Shown here: positions 1-10,106 of the stretch, piece after piece
How positions within the stretch are numbered: the stretch's first letter is position 1
Layout of the letters: each line of letters starts with the position of its first letter
Source: an uncultured archaeon
GTDB lineage: Archaea > Thermoproteota > Nitrososphaeria > Nitrososphaerales > Gagatemarchaeaceae
Direction: 5' to 3'
NCBI GenBank assembly: GCA_963817525.1
Contig: CAWFOU010000007.1
Coordinates: forward strand, 640,001 to 704,000
DNA: 64,000 bases
The notes under the pieces: generated by a model
What the model saw: only the letters and a program-made list of their open reading frames with translations
What the model was told of the DNA's origin: nothing
Databases searched by the model: none
Made by a program: the position numbers and the translations under genes

Positions 1-38
1 CCTCAAGGGGGACTTTGGGCCCGACTCTATAGCCTCGC

Positions 39-674
39 TCAGCCGCGACTTCTTCTCGGAGGCGCGGGCTCGCTGAACTGCACCCCCTTTCGGAAGGCGA
101 TCTTGGAGGCCGCCCTCTGGTCCTTGGTGGCTCCGACGGCCCCACGCTTACCCCCCGACGTCCCTGACTCGTCGACGATCTCCACGGAGGCGGACGGAGG
201 CAGCCTTTCGCGCAGAAGCTGGGCCAGCCTCAAGGATGTCTTCGGTTCGCCGCCGCCGATTTTGACGGACACTGAGGAGTGAGACACCCCCTCCACCAGC
301 GAGACCAAAGAGTTCACCGACCTCTCCACAGAGTTTGAGGCGATGGCGCCGAGCTCTCTTCCACCATAGAACATCGCGACCCCTATCGTGGAGCCTGGGT
401 CGATTCCAATCAGGATGTCCCTCCTTGACTCGTCTAACAGCCTCGAGAGGACCTGACCCTCCATTGTCATCGGGTCCTGACTCAGGTCCTCTATCGCCAC
501 CACGTTCTCCCCAAATGCAGAGGCCTCCACCCTGCTTGTAATCACCAAGTCCCTGGCCGGGTCCACCGCCTGCCCAGGCGTGACGCTGACGAACCCAAGG
601 TGCGTCTTCTTGAGGCGGGAGACGATGTCGTAGTAGGAGTTCCCGTCGTCGGTCGCGACCTTAATAATCCTCAT
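39..674 (-). CDS. Hypothetical protein with RNase H-like (RuvC/YqgF/DUF460-type) domain
   Basis: Motif ILIGIDPGSTIGVA and later IVDESGTS resemble RuvC/YqgF-fold catalytic motifs; ATG at 674 preferred to the ORF-track start. Confidence 0.5.
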   Translation of the reverse strand: MRIIKVATDDGNSYYDIVSRLKKTHLGFVSVTPGQAVDPARDLVITSRVEASAFGENVVAIEDLSQDPMTMEGQVLSRLLDESRRDILIGIDPGSTIGVAMFYGGRELGAIASNSVERSVNSLVSLVEGVSHSSVSVKIGGGEPKTSLRLAQLLRERLPPSASVEIVDESGTSGGKRGAVGATKDQRAASKIAFRKGVQFSEPAPPRRSRG

Positions 675-710
675 GACAAGTTCGTCGATTCGAAAAGGCC
701 TCACGAGTTT

Positions 711-1295
711 ATGAGCATTCCCACAAAGGAACAGGCGGGCAGATTCCTCGCCCCTCTCAAGGGGAACCTCGCGATCGTCTTGTTACACGAGATCCAAGTG
801 AAGGCGCGGCTGAGCAGTTTCCTTCTGCGATGCGCCGGCCTGCAGTCCTTGGACACGACGATTCTAGACGCGGATGCCTTCTATTGCACTAACATGGAGC
901 GGTTCGCCGGCGACGCCCAATCGGTGGACGGCAAGGTGCTGCTCCTGCCCGAAAGGGACTTCGAGGTGAGCTCGCTGTTGCCCCTGCTGTCCTCGGGCAG
1001 GCGACTGCTCCTCATCGACGACCTGAACTCCCTCTACTCCCTGGCCTCGGACGGCCGCAGGTGGCAGCAGCTAACGATAATGATGAGGCTGCTCTCCCAC
1101 AACGCGAAGATGAACGGCTCATGGACCTTAGCCACGGCGTACAGGACAGAGCTCGAGAGCGGGCAGACCGGGACGAACCAGAGGTCACTGACGGCTCTCG
1201 GCGACCTCGTCATCGACACTCGCTCGGAGGCGGGTTCGTTCAAGCTCAAACCGAACACGAAGGGCCTCTGGCAGGGCGGCGAGTTCGACCTCTGA
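711..1295 (+). CDS. RecA/RadA-superfamily-like protein, probably inactive
   Basis: Walker-B-like LLLIDDLNSLY and a RecA-like C-terminal strand pattern; no clear Walker A; ATG at 711. Confidence 0.4.
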   Translation: MSIPTKEQAGRFLAPLKGNLAIVLLHEIQVKARLSSFLLRCAGLQSLDTTILDADAFYCTNMERFAGDAQSVDGKVLLLPERDFEVSSLLPLLSSGRRLLLIDDLNSLYSLASDGRRWQQLTIMMRLLSHNAKMNGSWTLATAYRTELESGQTGTNQRSLTALGDLVIDTRSEAGSFKLKPNTKGLWQGGEFDL

Positions 1296-1299
1296 GCGT

Positions 1300-1764
1300 C
1301 TACTTGGAGAAGAACACGTACATCTCGATGTAGACCGCGATGGCCATCATTATCAGCCCGAGCGTCAGATAGAAGGGGACCATCCTAGGCTTGACCGTCT
1401 GCCTCCCGCTCAGGTAGGAGAGGTAGAAGCCGCCGAACCCGAGGAACGCGGCCATGCAGTAGATGACCATCTCTGGAATCGACTCTCCGTTGGCGGAGGG
1501 GTAGATGATGTACGACTGGGGAACCGGCGCGGCCAGGGCGCTTACGATGCCCGCGGACATGACGACGATGCCGAAGATGTACAGGACTTCGACGAGGTTG
1601 TTCCTTACGGTGGTCGAGACGCCGCTGCGCCCGACGACCTTCCCAACCCGCTCCTCTACTCCCGAGACGCGAGACTCTAGCCACTGTCTAATCACGCCGA
1701 AACCCTCTCTAGCCCGCCGCCCAGCATTTCCATTGCCCTTAACTCTTTTCCAAGGCAGGATCAT
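1300..1764 (-). CDS. 3-TM membrane protein resembling oligosaccharyltransferase accessory subunit OSTC/DC2 (OST3/OST6 family TM region)
   Basis: TM1 ...SAGIVSALAAPVP, loop YPSANGESIPE, TM2 FLGFGGF, TM3 ending FFSK parallel the recalled OSTC pattern. Confidence 0.45.
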   Translation of the reverse strand: MILPWKRVKGNGNAGRRAREGFGVIRQWLESRVSGVEERVGKVVGRSGVSTTVRNNLVEVLYIFGIVVMSAGIVSALAAPVPQSYIIYPSANGESIPEMVIYCMAAFLGFGGFYLSYLSGRQTVKPRMVPFYLTLGLIMMAIAVYIEMYVFFSK

Positions 1765-3904
1765 GCCGCCCCTTGCCTTTTCTTTGCAAATCTTGCATCG
1801 CGTAAACGTTCACCTTACGGGGGCAGCGGTCGTTGACGCACAGTCTCCATGGGCGCCTCCCCATCCTGACGTAGACCACGGGCCAGCCGCAGCTGGCGCA
1901 GGGGTTCGAGGCCGCCTTGATGGTCCCGCGCTGAGGAAGAGGCGCTGACGCCCTGCACCCCTTCGGGTAGTTCGAGCAGCCCACGAACCTCTTCCCTGAC
2001 GCACGGGAGCGGACCACCCACAGCTTCCCTTCCTTGCATGCCGGGCAGCTCCCCAAGACCATCTGCCCTGGGGCCGTCTCGGGGACCGAACTTCCCATCC
2101 TCCCAGCGATCTCGGACTCGTGCGACCTGACCTCGGCGAGCTGGGCCAAGAGCGTCGACAGCGTGCCCTCAAAGGACTCCCATTCCGGCTCGCCCGACTC
2201 CGCGACCCTCTCGAGCTGGGCTTCTATCTCCCGCGTCAGGCGGGTGGAGATTATCTGCGGGCAGTGTTCGCGCATCACCTCGACCAGAGCGAATCCCAGC
2301 TCGGTGGGCGTGAGCGTCTCCCCGACGACGTACCCCCTGCCCAGGAGCGTCGAGATGGTGTCAGCGCGAGTCGCCTTGGTGCCGATCTCCTCCCTCTCCA
2401 TCCTCTCCAAGAGCGTGGCCTGGTTGTATCGGGCAGGGCGAGCCCTCAGGTGTTCTTCTACCACGACCTCCTTCACGTCGACTCGGTCGCCCTCCCGGAG
2501 CGCGGCGGCAACGACCGGGGGCACTTCGCCGGTCCGCCCCTCTACCAGTCGCGTCCACCCGGGTACCAGTATTCTGACCTCCTCCTCCTCGAACTTGTGC
2601 GCGCCGACGGAGACCTCTACGGTGCTCACCTGCCGGACGGCGTCCTCCCCGAAGCAAGAGAGGAATCGCCGCAGGATCAAGTCGAACACGCTCCTCTCCT
2701 CGGGCGCCAGCGGCCTCCTGCCGGGCTCGCCCGTCGGGTAGATTGCGGGGTGAGCGGGGTCGACTCCCGGCCCCTCGGAGGGGCGGAGATTCCCGTGCGA
2801 GACGACCTCCACGAGGCCCGCGTATCCCGGAATCGCCGCTATCCTCGAGAGGAGCCTCTCAAAATCGAGCCTCGGCAGCCTTTGGCTCCCCGTGCGCGGG
2901 TAAGAGATCATCGCACCGAGGTAAAGCCTCTCGGCGACCTGCAGGGTCTTGCTCGGCGCGTAGCCGAGCACGCGGTAGGCCTCTTTCTGGAGGTCTGCTA
3001 GGTTGAACGGCGGAGGAGGCTGTTGGCTGAACGTCCTTCGTGCGACGCCGGATACGAGCCCCTCGCGCCCTTCGCAGGCTGCTTTGACCTCCCCGGCGGC
3101 GTGCCTAGTCGGCACTGTTGGCGTCGAGGAATACTTGGCTTTGAAGGCCATTTCGCCCTTGCCGAATGTCCCCTCCACCGTCCAATAGGGAGTGGGCACG
3201 AACGTCCCGACGTCAATCTCCTTCTCGACGACGAAGTTCAGCGTAGGCCCTTGCACGCGGCCGATGCTCACGGTCCTATACCCGTGGCCCTTCCTCATGG
3301 ACTCGGAGAGGGCCCGCGAGAGGTTGACGCCCCAGAGGAAATCGATGGCGTGCCTCAGCCTCCCAGCCCTGGCGAGCCCGTCGGCGGGGCGCAGCCTTTC
3401 ATCCTGAAAGGCGCCCACGACCTCCTCCTTTGTCAGCGCCGAGAACCTGGCCCGCAGCGCCGAGGCCTCCTTCCCACCAGCCGCGTATCTCAGCACGTTG
3501 AAGCCTATTGTCTCTCCCTCGATGTCGAAGTCGCACGCGTTGATGAAGGCGGTTGCTCCTTCGGAGAGGCTTCGGATCGCTCGAATACGACTAGAGACCT
3601 GCTTCCCCCTCCTGTCGCGGGAGGATTCGAGAGGGAACCACTCCAGGTCGAGCACCGGGTAGACCCTCCTGTCCTTCACGGTGTCAGACATCCCGTAGAG
3701 GTGCCCAGTGGCGGCGCAGACGACGTACCTCCTCCCGTGCGCGTCCCCGAGCCGGAAGGCCTGGACGCCTCCTACCTTGAATGCCTCCAGTGCCCCCGAG
3801 GAGAGGGCCTCTGCGACCCTCCTCGCCGCGTCGGGCTTTTCGCAGACCACTAGGGTGTAGCCCGAGAGCCTGGGCGGCCTCTGCTGGGTGGGATGGACGC
3901 TCAT
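1739..3904 (-). CDS. topA: DNA topoisomerase I (type IA)
   Basis: TOPRIM CEKP...D-x-D-x-EGE, GRVQGP, active-site ISYPRT, GTKATR, C-terminal Zn ribbons. Confidence 0.95.
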   Translation of the reverse strand: MSVHPTQQRPPRLSGYTLVVCEKPDAARRVAEALSSGALEAFKVGGVQAFRLGDAHGRRYVVCAATGHLYGMSDTVKDRRVYPVLDLEWFPLESSRDRRGKQVSSRIRAIRSLSEGATAFINACDFDIEGETIGFNVLRYAAGGKEASALRARFSALTKEEVVGAFQDERLRPADGLARAGRLRHAIDFLWGVNLSRALSESMRKGHGYRTVSIGRVQGPTLNFVVEKEIDVGTFVPTPYWTVEGTFGKGEMAFKAKYSSTPTVPTRHAAGEVKAACEGREGLVSGVARRTFSQQPPPPFNLADLQKEAYRVLGYAPSKTLQVAERLYLGAMISYPRTGSQRLPRLDFERLLSRIAAIPGYAGLVEVVSHGNLRPSEGPGVDPAHPAIYPTGEPGRRPLAPEERSVFDLILRRFLSCFGEDAVRQVSTVEVSVGAHKFEEEEVRILVPGWTRLVEGRTGEVPPVVAAALREGDRVDVKEVVVEEHLRARPARYNQATLLERMEREEIGTKATRADTISTLLGRGYVVGETLTPTELGFALVEVMREHCPQIISTRLTREIEAQLERVAESGEPEWESFEGTLSTLLAQLAEVRSHESEIAGRMGSSVPETAPGQMVLGSCPACKEGKLWVVRSRASGKRFVGCSNYPKGCRASAPLPQRGTIKAASNPCASCGWPVVYVRMGRRPWRLCVNDRCPRKVNVYAMQDLQRKGKGRHDPALEKS

Positions 3905-3941
3905 TGTAATCCTTTTAAGAGGAACGGCGGAACTTCCACGC

Positions 3942-4118
3942 GTGACCTATGAACTCGTATGTTCCAAATGCGGGTACGCAATCTACTCTGGATTCGATCT
4001 GAGGTCCCCCAACGACATCCTGAAGCCTTCGGGATACAGGTGCAAGAAGTGCGGCGCGAAGCTGTCTCCCGACAACTTCAAGGTCGAAGTCATGAAACTC
4101 GAAGGAAGATTCACCTAG
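3942..4118 (+). CDS. Small Zn-ribbon protein
   Basis: CSKC...CKKC; GTG at 3942 downstream of a TTTTAA box. Confidence 0.6.
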   Translation: MTYELVCSKCGYAIYSGFDLRSPNDILKPSGYRCKKCGAKLSPDNFKVEVMKLEGRFT

Positions 4119-4896
4119 CGCGGTATCCAAGGCTTCTCATGTAGACGCACTGCTCAGGGTCCACCGCGAAGCTCGACATCCCGTAATCTCGGGTGGAGCG
4201 CCTATCCAGCCCCCGCACCAGGACAATCGGGACCGACTCATTGGCCTCGCCCATCACGATCTGCGCCCCAGAACATAGGTCGTCGGCTATCGCTTGGCTG
4301 GTGACCTTCAGGACGTTGCCGAAGAGGTCGGGCTTGCCTCGAAGGTCTACGATGGCCTCGACGCCCGCAGACGCAAGCGCGACCCCGACCGTCCCCTTCC
4401 TGGTGGGCATCAGCCTGCTGTCGGAGACGACGACCCCTATCTCGACGCCCCTGCGGAACCTCATCTCGTCCACCAGCCAGGTCGCGGACTCCAGGGGGTT
4501 GCGGGGGTAGAGCACGACCTTGCCGTGCTCGACGTTCGACTTGTCGATGCCTGCATTGGGGGTCAGGAGCCCCTCCTTCACGGCGAGCATGAACCCGCTG
4601 ACCCCCCCTATGACGTCGTCCGACTCCCTGATAACGAGCTCGCACAGCTCCGGCGGGATGTTGAGCCTGTTCGACTCCGACCTCGCGTGGTCAGACGGGA
4701 CGACCGTCCCGAGGTCTACCACCCGGCCCTCCGACACGGCGATGAACTTGCTCGAGACTACGAGGACGTCGCCGTCATGGAGCTCCGCGCCGACCACGTC
4801 GTCCACGAGCTCCCCCAGGTTGAAGTGAGGGCCCTTCCTCGGCGTCCTTATCGGCACAAAGGTGATCGTCACTTCAATCAAACTCCTCTTAAACAA
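4111..4896 (-). CDS. cofE: Coenzyme F420-0:L-glutamate ligase
   Basis: VSSKFIAVSEGR, PNAGIDKSN, D-x-RG-x-x-DLFG, GEANESVP motifs; true start may be the GTG near 4872. Confidence 0.9.
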   Translation of the reverse strand: MFKRSLIEVTITFVPIRTPRKGPHFNLGELVDDVVGAELHDGDVLVVSSKFIAVSEGRVVDLGTVVPSDHARSESNRLNIPPELCELVIRESDDVIGGVSGFMLAVKEGLLTPNAGIDKSNVEHGKVVLYPRNPLESATWLVDEMRFRRGVEIGVVVSDSRLMPTRKGTVGVALASAGVEAIVDLRGKPDLFGNVLKVTSQAIADDLCSGAQIVMGEANESVPIVLVRGLDRRSTRDYGMSSFAVDPEQCVYMRSLGYRAR

Positions 4897-4929
4897 GGAC
4901 GCGAGGGCCTCCTATTATACGAAGCGCGC

Positions 4930-6054
4930 ATGGCGACGACCAAAGCTAACAAACGCACCCCGCTCTATGACTTCCACCGCACCCATGGCAAGATGGTAGA
5001 ATTCGCCGGCTACGACATGCCAATCTGGTACACCAGCACGATGGAAGAGCACATGGCCGTGAGGAACCGCGCTGGGATTTTCGACGTCTCCCACATGGGC
5101 AGGGTGAACGTGACTGGCCCTGATGCGGCTGGCTTCGTGGAGAACCTCCTCCCCACGGGGATCGGAAAGCAGCCCAACGGCAAGTCCGTCTACACACTGC
5201 TACTGAACGACGACGCGGGGATAATCGACGACCTCATAGTCCTAAAGATTGAGGAAGGGAGGTATCTCCTGGTCATCAACGCGGCGAGCAGGGCGAAGGA
5301 CCTGAAGCACATGGCGGATAGCGGCAACGGCCTCAACTTCAAGCTCGACGACATCACGGAGGCCACAACCATGATCGCGGTGCAGGGGCCGCTCGCGGTC
5401 GAGGCCCTTCAGCCCTTGACCCCGCTCCCCCTCGCCGGAATGAAGAGATTCACGCACTCCGCGTCCACGGTGAAAGGGATACCGACCGTGATCACACGCA
5501 CGGGATACACGGGCGAGGACGGGTTCGAGTTGATCGTTCGCGACGCAGGCCCAGGAGCGGTCGGCGTGTGGGAGGCCCTGATGAAGGGCGCCACGCCGTG
5601 CGCGCTCGGCGCCAGAGACTCACTGAGGCTGGAGGCAGGCCTTCCTCTCTACGGCTCCGACATGGACGAGTCGACGAACCCTCTAGAGGCGGACTTGGGC
5701 TGGGTCGTCTCCAAGGACAAGCAGTCGTACGTCGGCTGGGAGAGGCTGGCTTCTCTGCTCCAGACCGGGGCCGCGAAGGTCAGGCGTGGCATAGTGATGG
5801 ACGAAAGGATCCCTCGCCACGGCTTCGAGGTCACCGACGCCGCCGGGACGGACATCGGCGTGGTCACGAGCGGGACGTTCTCCCCCGTGCTGAAGCGGGG
5901 GATTGCCATGGGATACGTCAAGACGCCCTCGCCGGATGTGGGCGAGGCGGTCAAGGTCGTGGTAAGGGACGCCCCGAGCAGCGGGAAGATAGCAAAGTTC
6001 CCGTTCTACGACGACTCGCTCTACGGATGGAAGAGGAAGCAGCACCAGCAATAG
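4930..6054 (+). CDS. gcvT: Glycine cleavage system T protein (aminomethyltransferase)
   Basis: KRTPLYDFH, FDVSHMG, RTGYTGEDGFE, LGARDSLRLEAG; ATG at 4930. Confidence 0.95.
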   Translation: MATTKANKRTPLYDFHRTHGKMVEFAGYDMPIWYTSTMEEHMAVRNRAGIFDVSHMGRVNVTGPDAAGFVENLLPTGIGKQPNGKSVYTLLLNDDAGIIDDLIVLKIEEGRYLLVINAASRAKDLKHMADSGNGLNFKLDDITEATTMIAVQGPLAVEALQPLTPLPLAGMKRFTHSASTVKGIPTVITRTGYTGEDGFELIVRDAGPGAVGVWEALMKGATPCALGARDSLRLEAGLPLYGSDMDESTNPLEADLGWVVSKDKQSYVGWERLASLLQTGAAKVRRGIVMDERIPRHGFEVTDAAGTDIGVVTSGTFSPVLKRGIAMGYVKTPSPDVGEAVKVVVRDAPSSGKIAKFPFYDDSLYGWKRKQHQQ

Positions 6055-6084
6055 TAAATAGATTGCCTAGATGACCCCGAGTGT

Positions 6085-6495
6085 TTGAGCAATCTCTCGC
6101 CATACAAGGTCCCTGATGAGCTGTTCTATACCAAGGAGCACGAGTGGGCAAGGGTCACGGGCGGGACTGCGCGGGTCGGGATAACCGACTACGCCGCGAA
6201 GACCCTGAACGACATAGTCTACCTCACCCTGCCGTTGGTGGGTAAGGAGATTAAGCAGCTCACCTCTTTCGGGACCGTCGAGTCGATCAAGGCCGTCTCA
6301 GAGCTGTACGCGCCGCTCTCTGGCACGGTGACGGGGACCAACCAAGAGCTCACCAACCACCCTGAACTGATCAACCAGTCGCCATACGACGCAGGATGGA
6401 TCATCGAGCTCAAGCACTCCAAGCTAGAGGAGGAGGAGAAGACCCTGCTGTCGCCCCGACAATACCAAGAGTTCCTAAAGTCTCTAGAGGCCTAA
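6085..6495 (+). CDS. gcvH: Glycine cleavage system H protein
   Basis: YTKEHEW, GITDYA, lipoyl-lysine motif ESIKAVSELYAP, NQSPY. Confidence 0.95.
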   Translation: MSNLSPYKVPDELFYTKEHEWARVTGGTARVGITDYAAKTLNDIVYLTLPLVGKEIKQLTSFGTVESIKAVSELYAPLSGTVTGTNQELTNHPELINQSPYDAGWIIELKHSKLEEEEKTLLSPRQYQEFLKSLEA

Positions 6496-6592
6496 CAACA
6501 AGGCTACCTCCGCGGCTAGGGGCGCCCACGCGCAAAAATCAGCGACCTCATCGAAAAACTCTTAAATGGTCCGAAGTCGCTGACGCCCAAGT

Positions 6593-8881
6593 TTGAGCGG
6601 CATTTTCAGCAACTTGCTACAGAGTGCTCTGCGCCGCCCTACTGTGACACGGCGCAGCATGATGGCAGGGATGCTGCTAGTATCCGTCTTTGTTATCGCG
6701 ATGCTGATGAGGATGTTCCCCGCCCAGTACGGGCTGTACCTGAACGAGTTCGACCCGTACTACGACTACAAGGCCGCGAACTTCATCGTCACGTCGTTCG
6801 ACGCGAGCTGGGCTGCCGGCCAGGGCGGGTTCCCAGGGCTGTTGCACTATTTCTCCTGGATCGACTACACCACCTGGTTCCCCGAAGGCAGGAACGTCGC
6901 TGCCACCTCCCAGGACGGCCTCCAGTTCGCTGGAGCTCTCTCTTACCTCTTCTTCAGGAACATCTTCGGGCTGCCGTACAGCCTCTATGACTACCTCATC
7001 TTCTTCCCGGTCTTCGTCGGCTCGCTGACGGCCGTCGTCTTCTATTTCCTCGTGAAGCGCATCGCCGGCGAGGCGGGCGGCCTCTTCGCCGCGCTCATGA
7101 TAGCCGTCTCGCCTCCTCTCATCGAGAGGGGCAACCTCGGGTGGTTCAAGTCCGAGCCCCTGTGCATCTTCCTCTTCGCCATCGCAGCTTACGTCTTCCT
7201 GACCCTCCTGGACAGCCCCATGAGCAACAAGCAGAGGATCTTCCGCGCCCTCTTCGCGGGCCTGGTCGCAGGCTACGCCAACACGGCTTGGGGAGGCGGG
7301 CTGTACTTCACCGTCGCGTTCGCGTTCTTCTTCGTCGTGATGCCCTTCCTCAACTTCGACGTCCCCAACCTGTCGCTGGTGGCGCTGCTGTTCATGGCGG
7401 GGGACATCTTCGGGAGCGCGATCCTGCCCGGGACGTCCCACGGGACGGGGATTGTCACGAACCCCGCCGGCTTCGCGCTCATCGGGGGGACCCTCTTCTT
7501 GGTGGTGGGACAATGGATGAAGACGTGGGTAAAGCCGGCGGAATACAGGTGGACGATGCTGAAGGTGATGCTGGGCTTCGCGCTGGTCGCCCTCACGGTG
7601 CTGAGCTTCGGGCTGCTGTCCTCGCTTAGCCGCAGATATCTGTCGACCATCCTCCCTTGGACGAAGAGCTCCGACCCCCTGGTGGAGTCGGTCGCAGAGC
7701 AGGTCTTCCCACTAGGGTCGGACTACTTCTCATCGTACCTGGTACTCCTCTTCCTCGGGGTCTTCGGGGCCTATGTCGCATTCAAGCGGAAGAGCCCCGC
7801 GATAGGGTTCGCCCTCGTCATCGGCCTTTCGAGCCTCTACATCTCGGCGGCATTCTCGCGTCTGCTGGTATACTCTTCCATCGCCCTCGCAATCCTCGGG
7901 GGCATCGGGTTCGCGGAGGTGCTGTTCTCGCTATTGAAGCCCAGCGGGCCCACCCTCGTGAAGAGGAAGCCGACCTACTCCACGCAGAGCGAGATGCGGG
8001 CCGTCTATTCGATTGCGCTCATCGGCTTGCTCGCCTTCCCCGCGGCGATATTCTGGATACCCAATCCTGTCCCGTGCACAGGCTCGAACGTGCTCTGCGA
8101 CCAGAGCCCGGCCGACTACGGCGTTACCATCACCAACGGAGGGACGGTCTTCTCGCACTCGGAGATTCCTGACTGGTTCCAGGCCCTGGACTGGATAAAG
8201 ACGAACACCCCGTCGAACGCGGTGATCGTCTCTTGGTGGGACTATGGGTACTGGGTCAACGTGATGGGGAACAGGACCGTGGTCGCTGACAACGCGACGC
8301 TGAACGAGACCAGGATAGCAGAAATCGGCGAGATGTTCTTCCAGAACGTGACGGCGGGCGCACAGACGGCGCTGAGCCTCGGCCACGGTCGACCCACATA
8401 CGTCCTGATGTTCCTGACGGGGAGCGAGATCAGCATATCGGGCACGAGCTACTACGTCCTGCAGATACCCTCAGGGAACGGGTTCACCCCAGGAGGCGGG
8501 GACGAGAGCAAGAAGCAGTGGTTCATACTCATACCCGGATTGAACGAGTCTTCATACCTCTGGCCGAGCCCCGACGACTTCAACCTGACTCCGAACGGGC
8601 TCAACACGGTATTCGGGCAGATGCTGCCATTCCACTTTGCGGGATACTATGACATCTACAACTCATCTTCTAGCGTCACCCAAACCTACTCGCTAGATTC
8701 GAGTACCGGAGCGCCTCCAATCCAGCTCTTCGACGCCCCGTATTACTTCCAACTGAACGGAGCCGGGTCACCGTTCCAAATCGTGTTTCATTCGTCCAGC
8801 CTTGATTCCCCGCTGGCGTGCGGGTCCAACATCAGTTGCTTCAACACTGTGCTGATCTACAAGGTCAACCCTGACGCTTAG
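6593..8881 (+). CDS. aglB: Oligosaccharyltransferase AglB/STT3
   Basis: EFDPYY, many TM helices, SVAE, WWDYG, DNAT motifs. Confidence 0.95.
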   Translation: MSGIFSNLLQSALRRPTVTRRSMMAGMLLVSVFVIAMLMRMFPAQYGLYLNEFDPYYDYKAANFIVTSFDASWAAGQGGFPGLLHYFSWIDYTTWFPEGRNVAATSQDGLQFAGALSYLFFRNIFGLPYSLYDYLIFFPVFVGSLTAVVFYFLVKRIAGEAGGLFAALMIAVSPPLIERGNLGWFKSEPLCIFLFAIAAYVFLTLLDSPMSNKQRIFRALFAGLVAGYANTAWGGGLYFTVAFAFFFVVMPFLNFDVPNLSLVALLFMAGDIFGSAILPGTSHGTGIVTNPAGFALIGGTLFLVVGQWMKTWVKPAEYRWTMLKVMLGFALVALTVLSFGLLSSLSRRYLSTILPWTKSSDPLVESVAEQVFPLGSDYFSSYLVLLFLGVFGAYVAFKRKSPAIGFALVIGLSSLYISAAFSRLLVYSSIALAILGGIGFAEVLFSLLKPSGPTLVKRKPTYSTQSEMRAVYSIALIGLLAFPAAIFWIPNPVPCTGSNVLCDQSPADYGVTITNGGTVFSHSEIPDWFQALDWIKTNTPSNAVIVSWWDYGYWVNVMGNRTVVADNATLNETRIAEIGEMFFQNVTAGAQTALSLGHGRPTYVLMFLTGSEISISGTSYYVLQIPSGNGFTPGGGDESKKQWFILIPGLNESSYLWPSPDDFNLTPNGLNTVFGQMLPFHFAGYYDIYNSSSSVTQTYSLDSSTGAPPIQLFDAPYYFQLNGAGSPFQIVFHSSSLDSPLACGSNISCFNTVLIYKVNPDA

Positions 8882-9060
8882 GCCTGTGAATCTTGGGCCG
8901 GAGCCTTCTGGTAAGCTAGCGGGCTCCTGTATCTGGCGTACTTGTCGTCAGGAGAGTATTTCGCTGGGGCCGCCAGCTTCGTGGCCTCGCCGCAACTCGG
9001 ACACTTCGCCTCCATCGTGTACTTCGAGCACTTTGGGCACTTGAAGAGCAGATTCTTCAT
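8878..9060 (-). CDS. nop10: H/ACA RNP protein Nop10
   Basis: CxxC..YT..CPxCG..PAKYSPDDKYARYR. Confidence 0.95.
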   Translation of the reverse strand: MKNLLFKCPKCSKYTMEAKCPSCGEATKLAAPAKYSPDDKYARYRSPLAYQKAPAQDSQA

Positions 9061-9063
9061 TCC

Positions 9064-9864
9064 CTAGGCTCCGCCGCCGTACTTTCTAGACATCTCTCTC
9101 TTGCTGGTGAAGCTGCCGTGCTTCCCTATGGCCTCCTCCATCTTCTGGAGGACCGCCCCCATGACCTTGTCCGCCTGCTTGTAGTCGTCCGCCGTCACCC
9201 TCACCCTATAGCGAGGCGCCCCCACATAGGTCATCCTGATCTCGGCCGCGGAGGACGCGCCCAGCCCTGCGGCCAGCGCCTTTTTGATCTGCAGAATCCC
9301 GTCGGCCGCGTTCGAGCTCATCTCCACTATGGTCCCGACCTCGTATTTCGGCGAGGCTATCTTCTCTCTAGCGATGGTGACCATCTCGTTGACCACGTCC
9401 GCAGGGAAGCTCAAGGCGGCGAAGGTCTTCTCGCCCCTCTTCGCGGCGTCCTCAAGCGCCTCGTAGAGCGTGCCGTACTCCTGCTGTAGCTTGACGACCA
9501 CGTCGGAGAACTGCCTGTCGTCCATACCCAGTTTCTTCTGCACCATCGACAGTATGGTCATCGCCTTCTCCTTCTGCTTCCACTCGATCAGCTTGTTCCG
9601 CCTCTCCTCGTTTGTGACCTGCCTGAGCGAAAGGTCGACCTCCCTCCTCGACTTTTCTGCCCTCACCACCTTGAGCACTAGCTTCTGCCCCACCTTCGCG
9701 ACCCTCTCTATGTTCCTGACCCAGCCAGTGGAAATCTCCGAGATGTGGAGGAAACCGTTCATGCCGTTGTATTCGTCGAGGTCGACATAGATGCCGTGGG
9801 ACGTGATCTCCCTCACCGTACACAGCACGATGTCCCCTCTCTCCGGTAGCTCGCCTGTCTCCAT
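9064..9864 (-). CDS. eif2a: Translation initiation factor 2 alpha
   Basis: S1 domain LDEY...LHISEISTGWVRNI, YVGAPRYR. Confidence 0.95.
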   Translation of the reverse strand: METGELPERGDIVLCTVREITSHGIYVDLDEYNGMNGFLHISEISTGWVRNIERVAKVGQKLVLKVVRAEKSRREVDLSLRQVTNEERRNKLIEWKQKEKAMTILSMVQKKLGMDDRQFSDVVVKLQQEYGTLYEALEDAAKRGEKTFAALSFPADVVNEMVTIAREKIASPKYEVGTIVEMSSNAADGILQIKKALAAGLGASSAAEIRMTYVGAPRYRVRVTADDYKQADKVMGAVLQKMEEAIGKHGSFTSKREMSRKYGGGA

Positions 9865-9907
9865 GTGGTAATCTACTCCCGCTGACCTTTGACGAGAAGG
9901 CCTGTTA

Positions 9908-10105
9908 TTAATCCAGTCTCTTAATCACCGGGGCGTCGACCTCTACCTTTCCCCCGGTCTTGCTGGCGAGCTTCCTTCCGCAGCCCCTGCACGTCACGTC
10001 CCTCGTGGACGCGGAGAACATAGACCTCTCCTCGCCGCAGTCAGGACACTTCACCAGGAGGAAGCTGCTCCTGGGCTTTGGTATGAACTCTCGCTCTCTC
10101 TTCAT
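9908..10105 (-). CDS. rps27e: 30S ribosomal protein S27e
   Basis: PKPRSSFLLVKCPDC...CRGC...TGGK. Confidence 0.95.
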   Translation of the reverse strand: MKREREFIPKPRSSFLLVKCPDCGEERSMFSASTRDVTCRGCGRKLASKTGGKVEVDAPVIKRLD

Positions 10106-10106
10106 G

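Noticed and set aside
4294-4929. N-terminal extension of GcvT (similarly of TrmJ to 30668)
   Set aside because: The extensions overlap cofE and rsmA; the real starts are 4930 and 30221.
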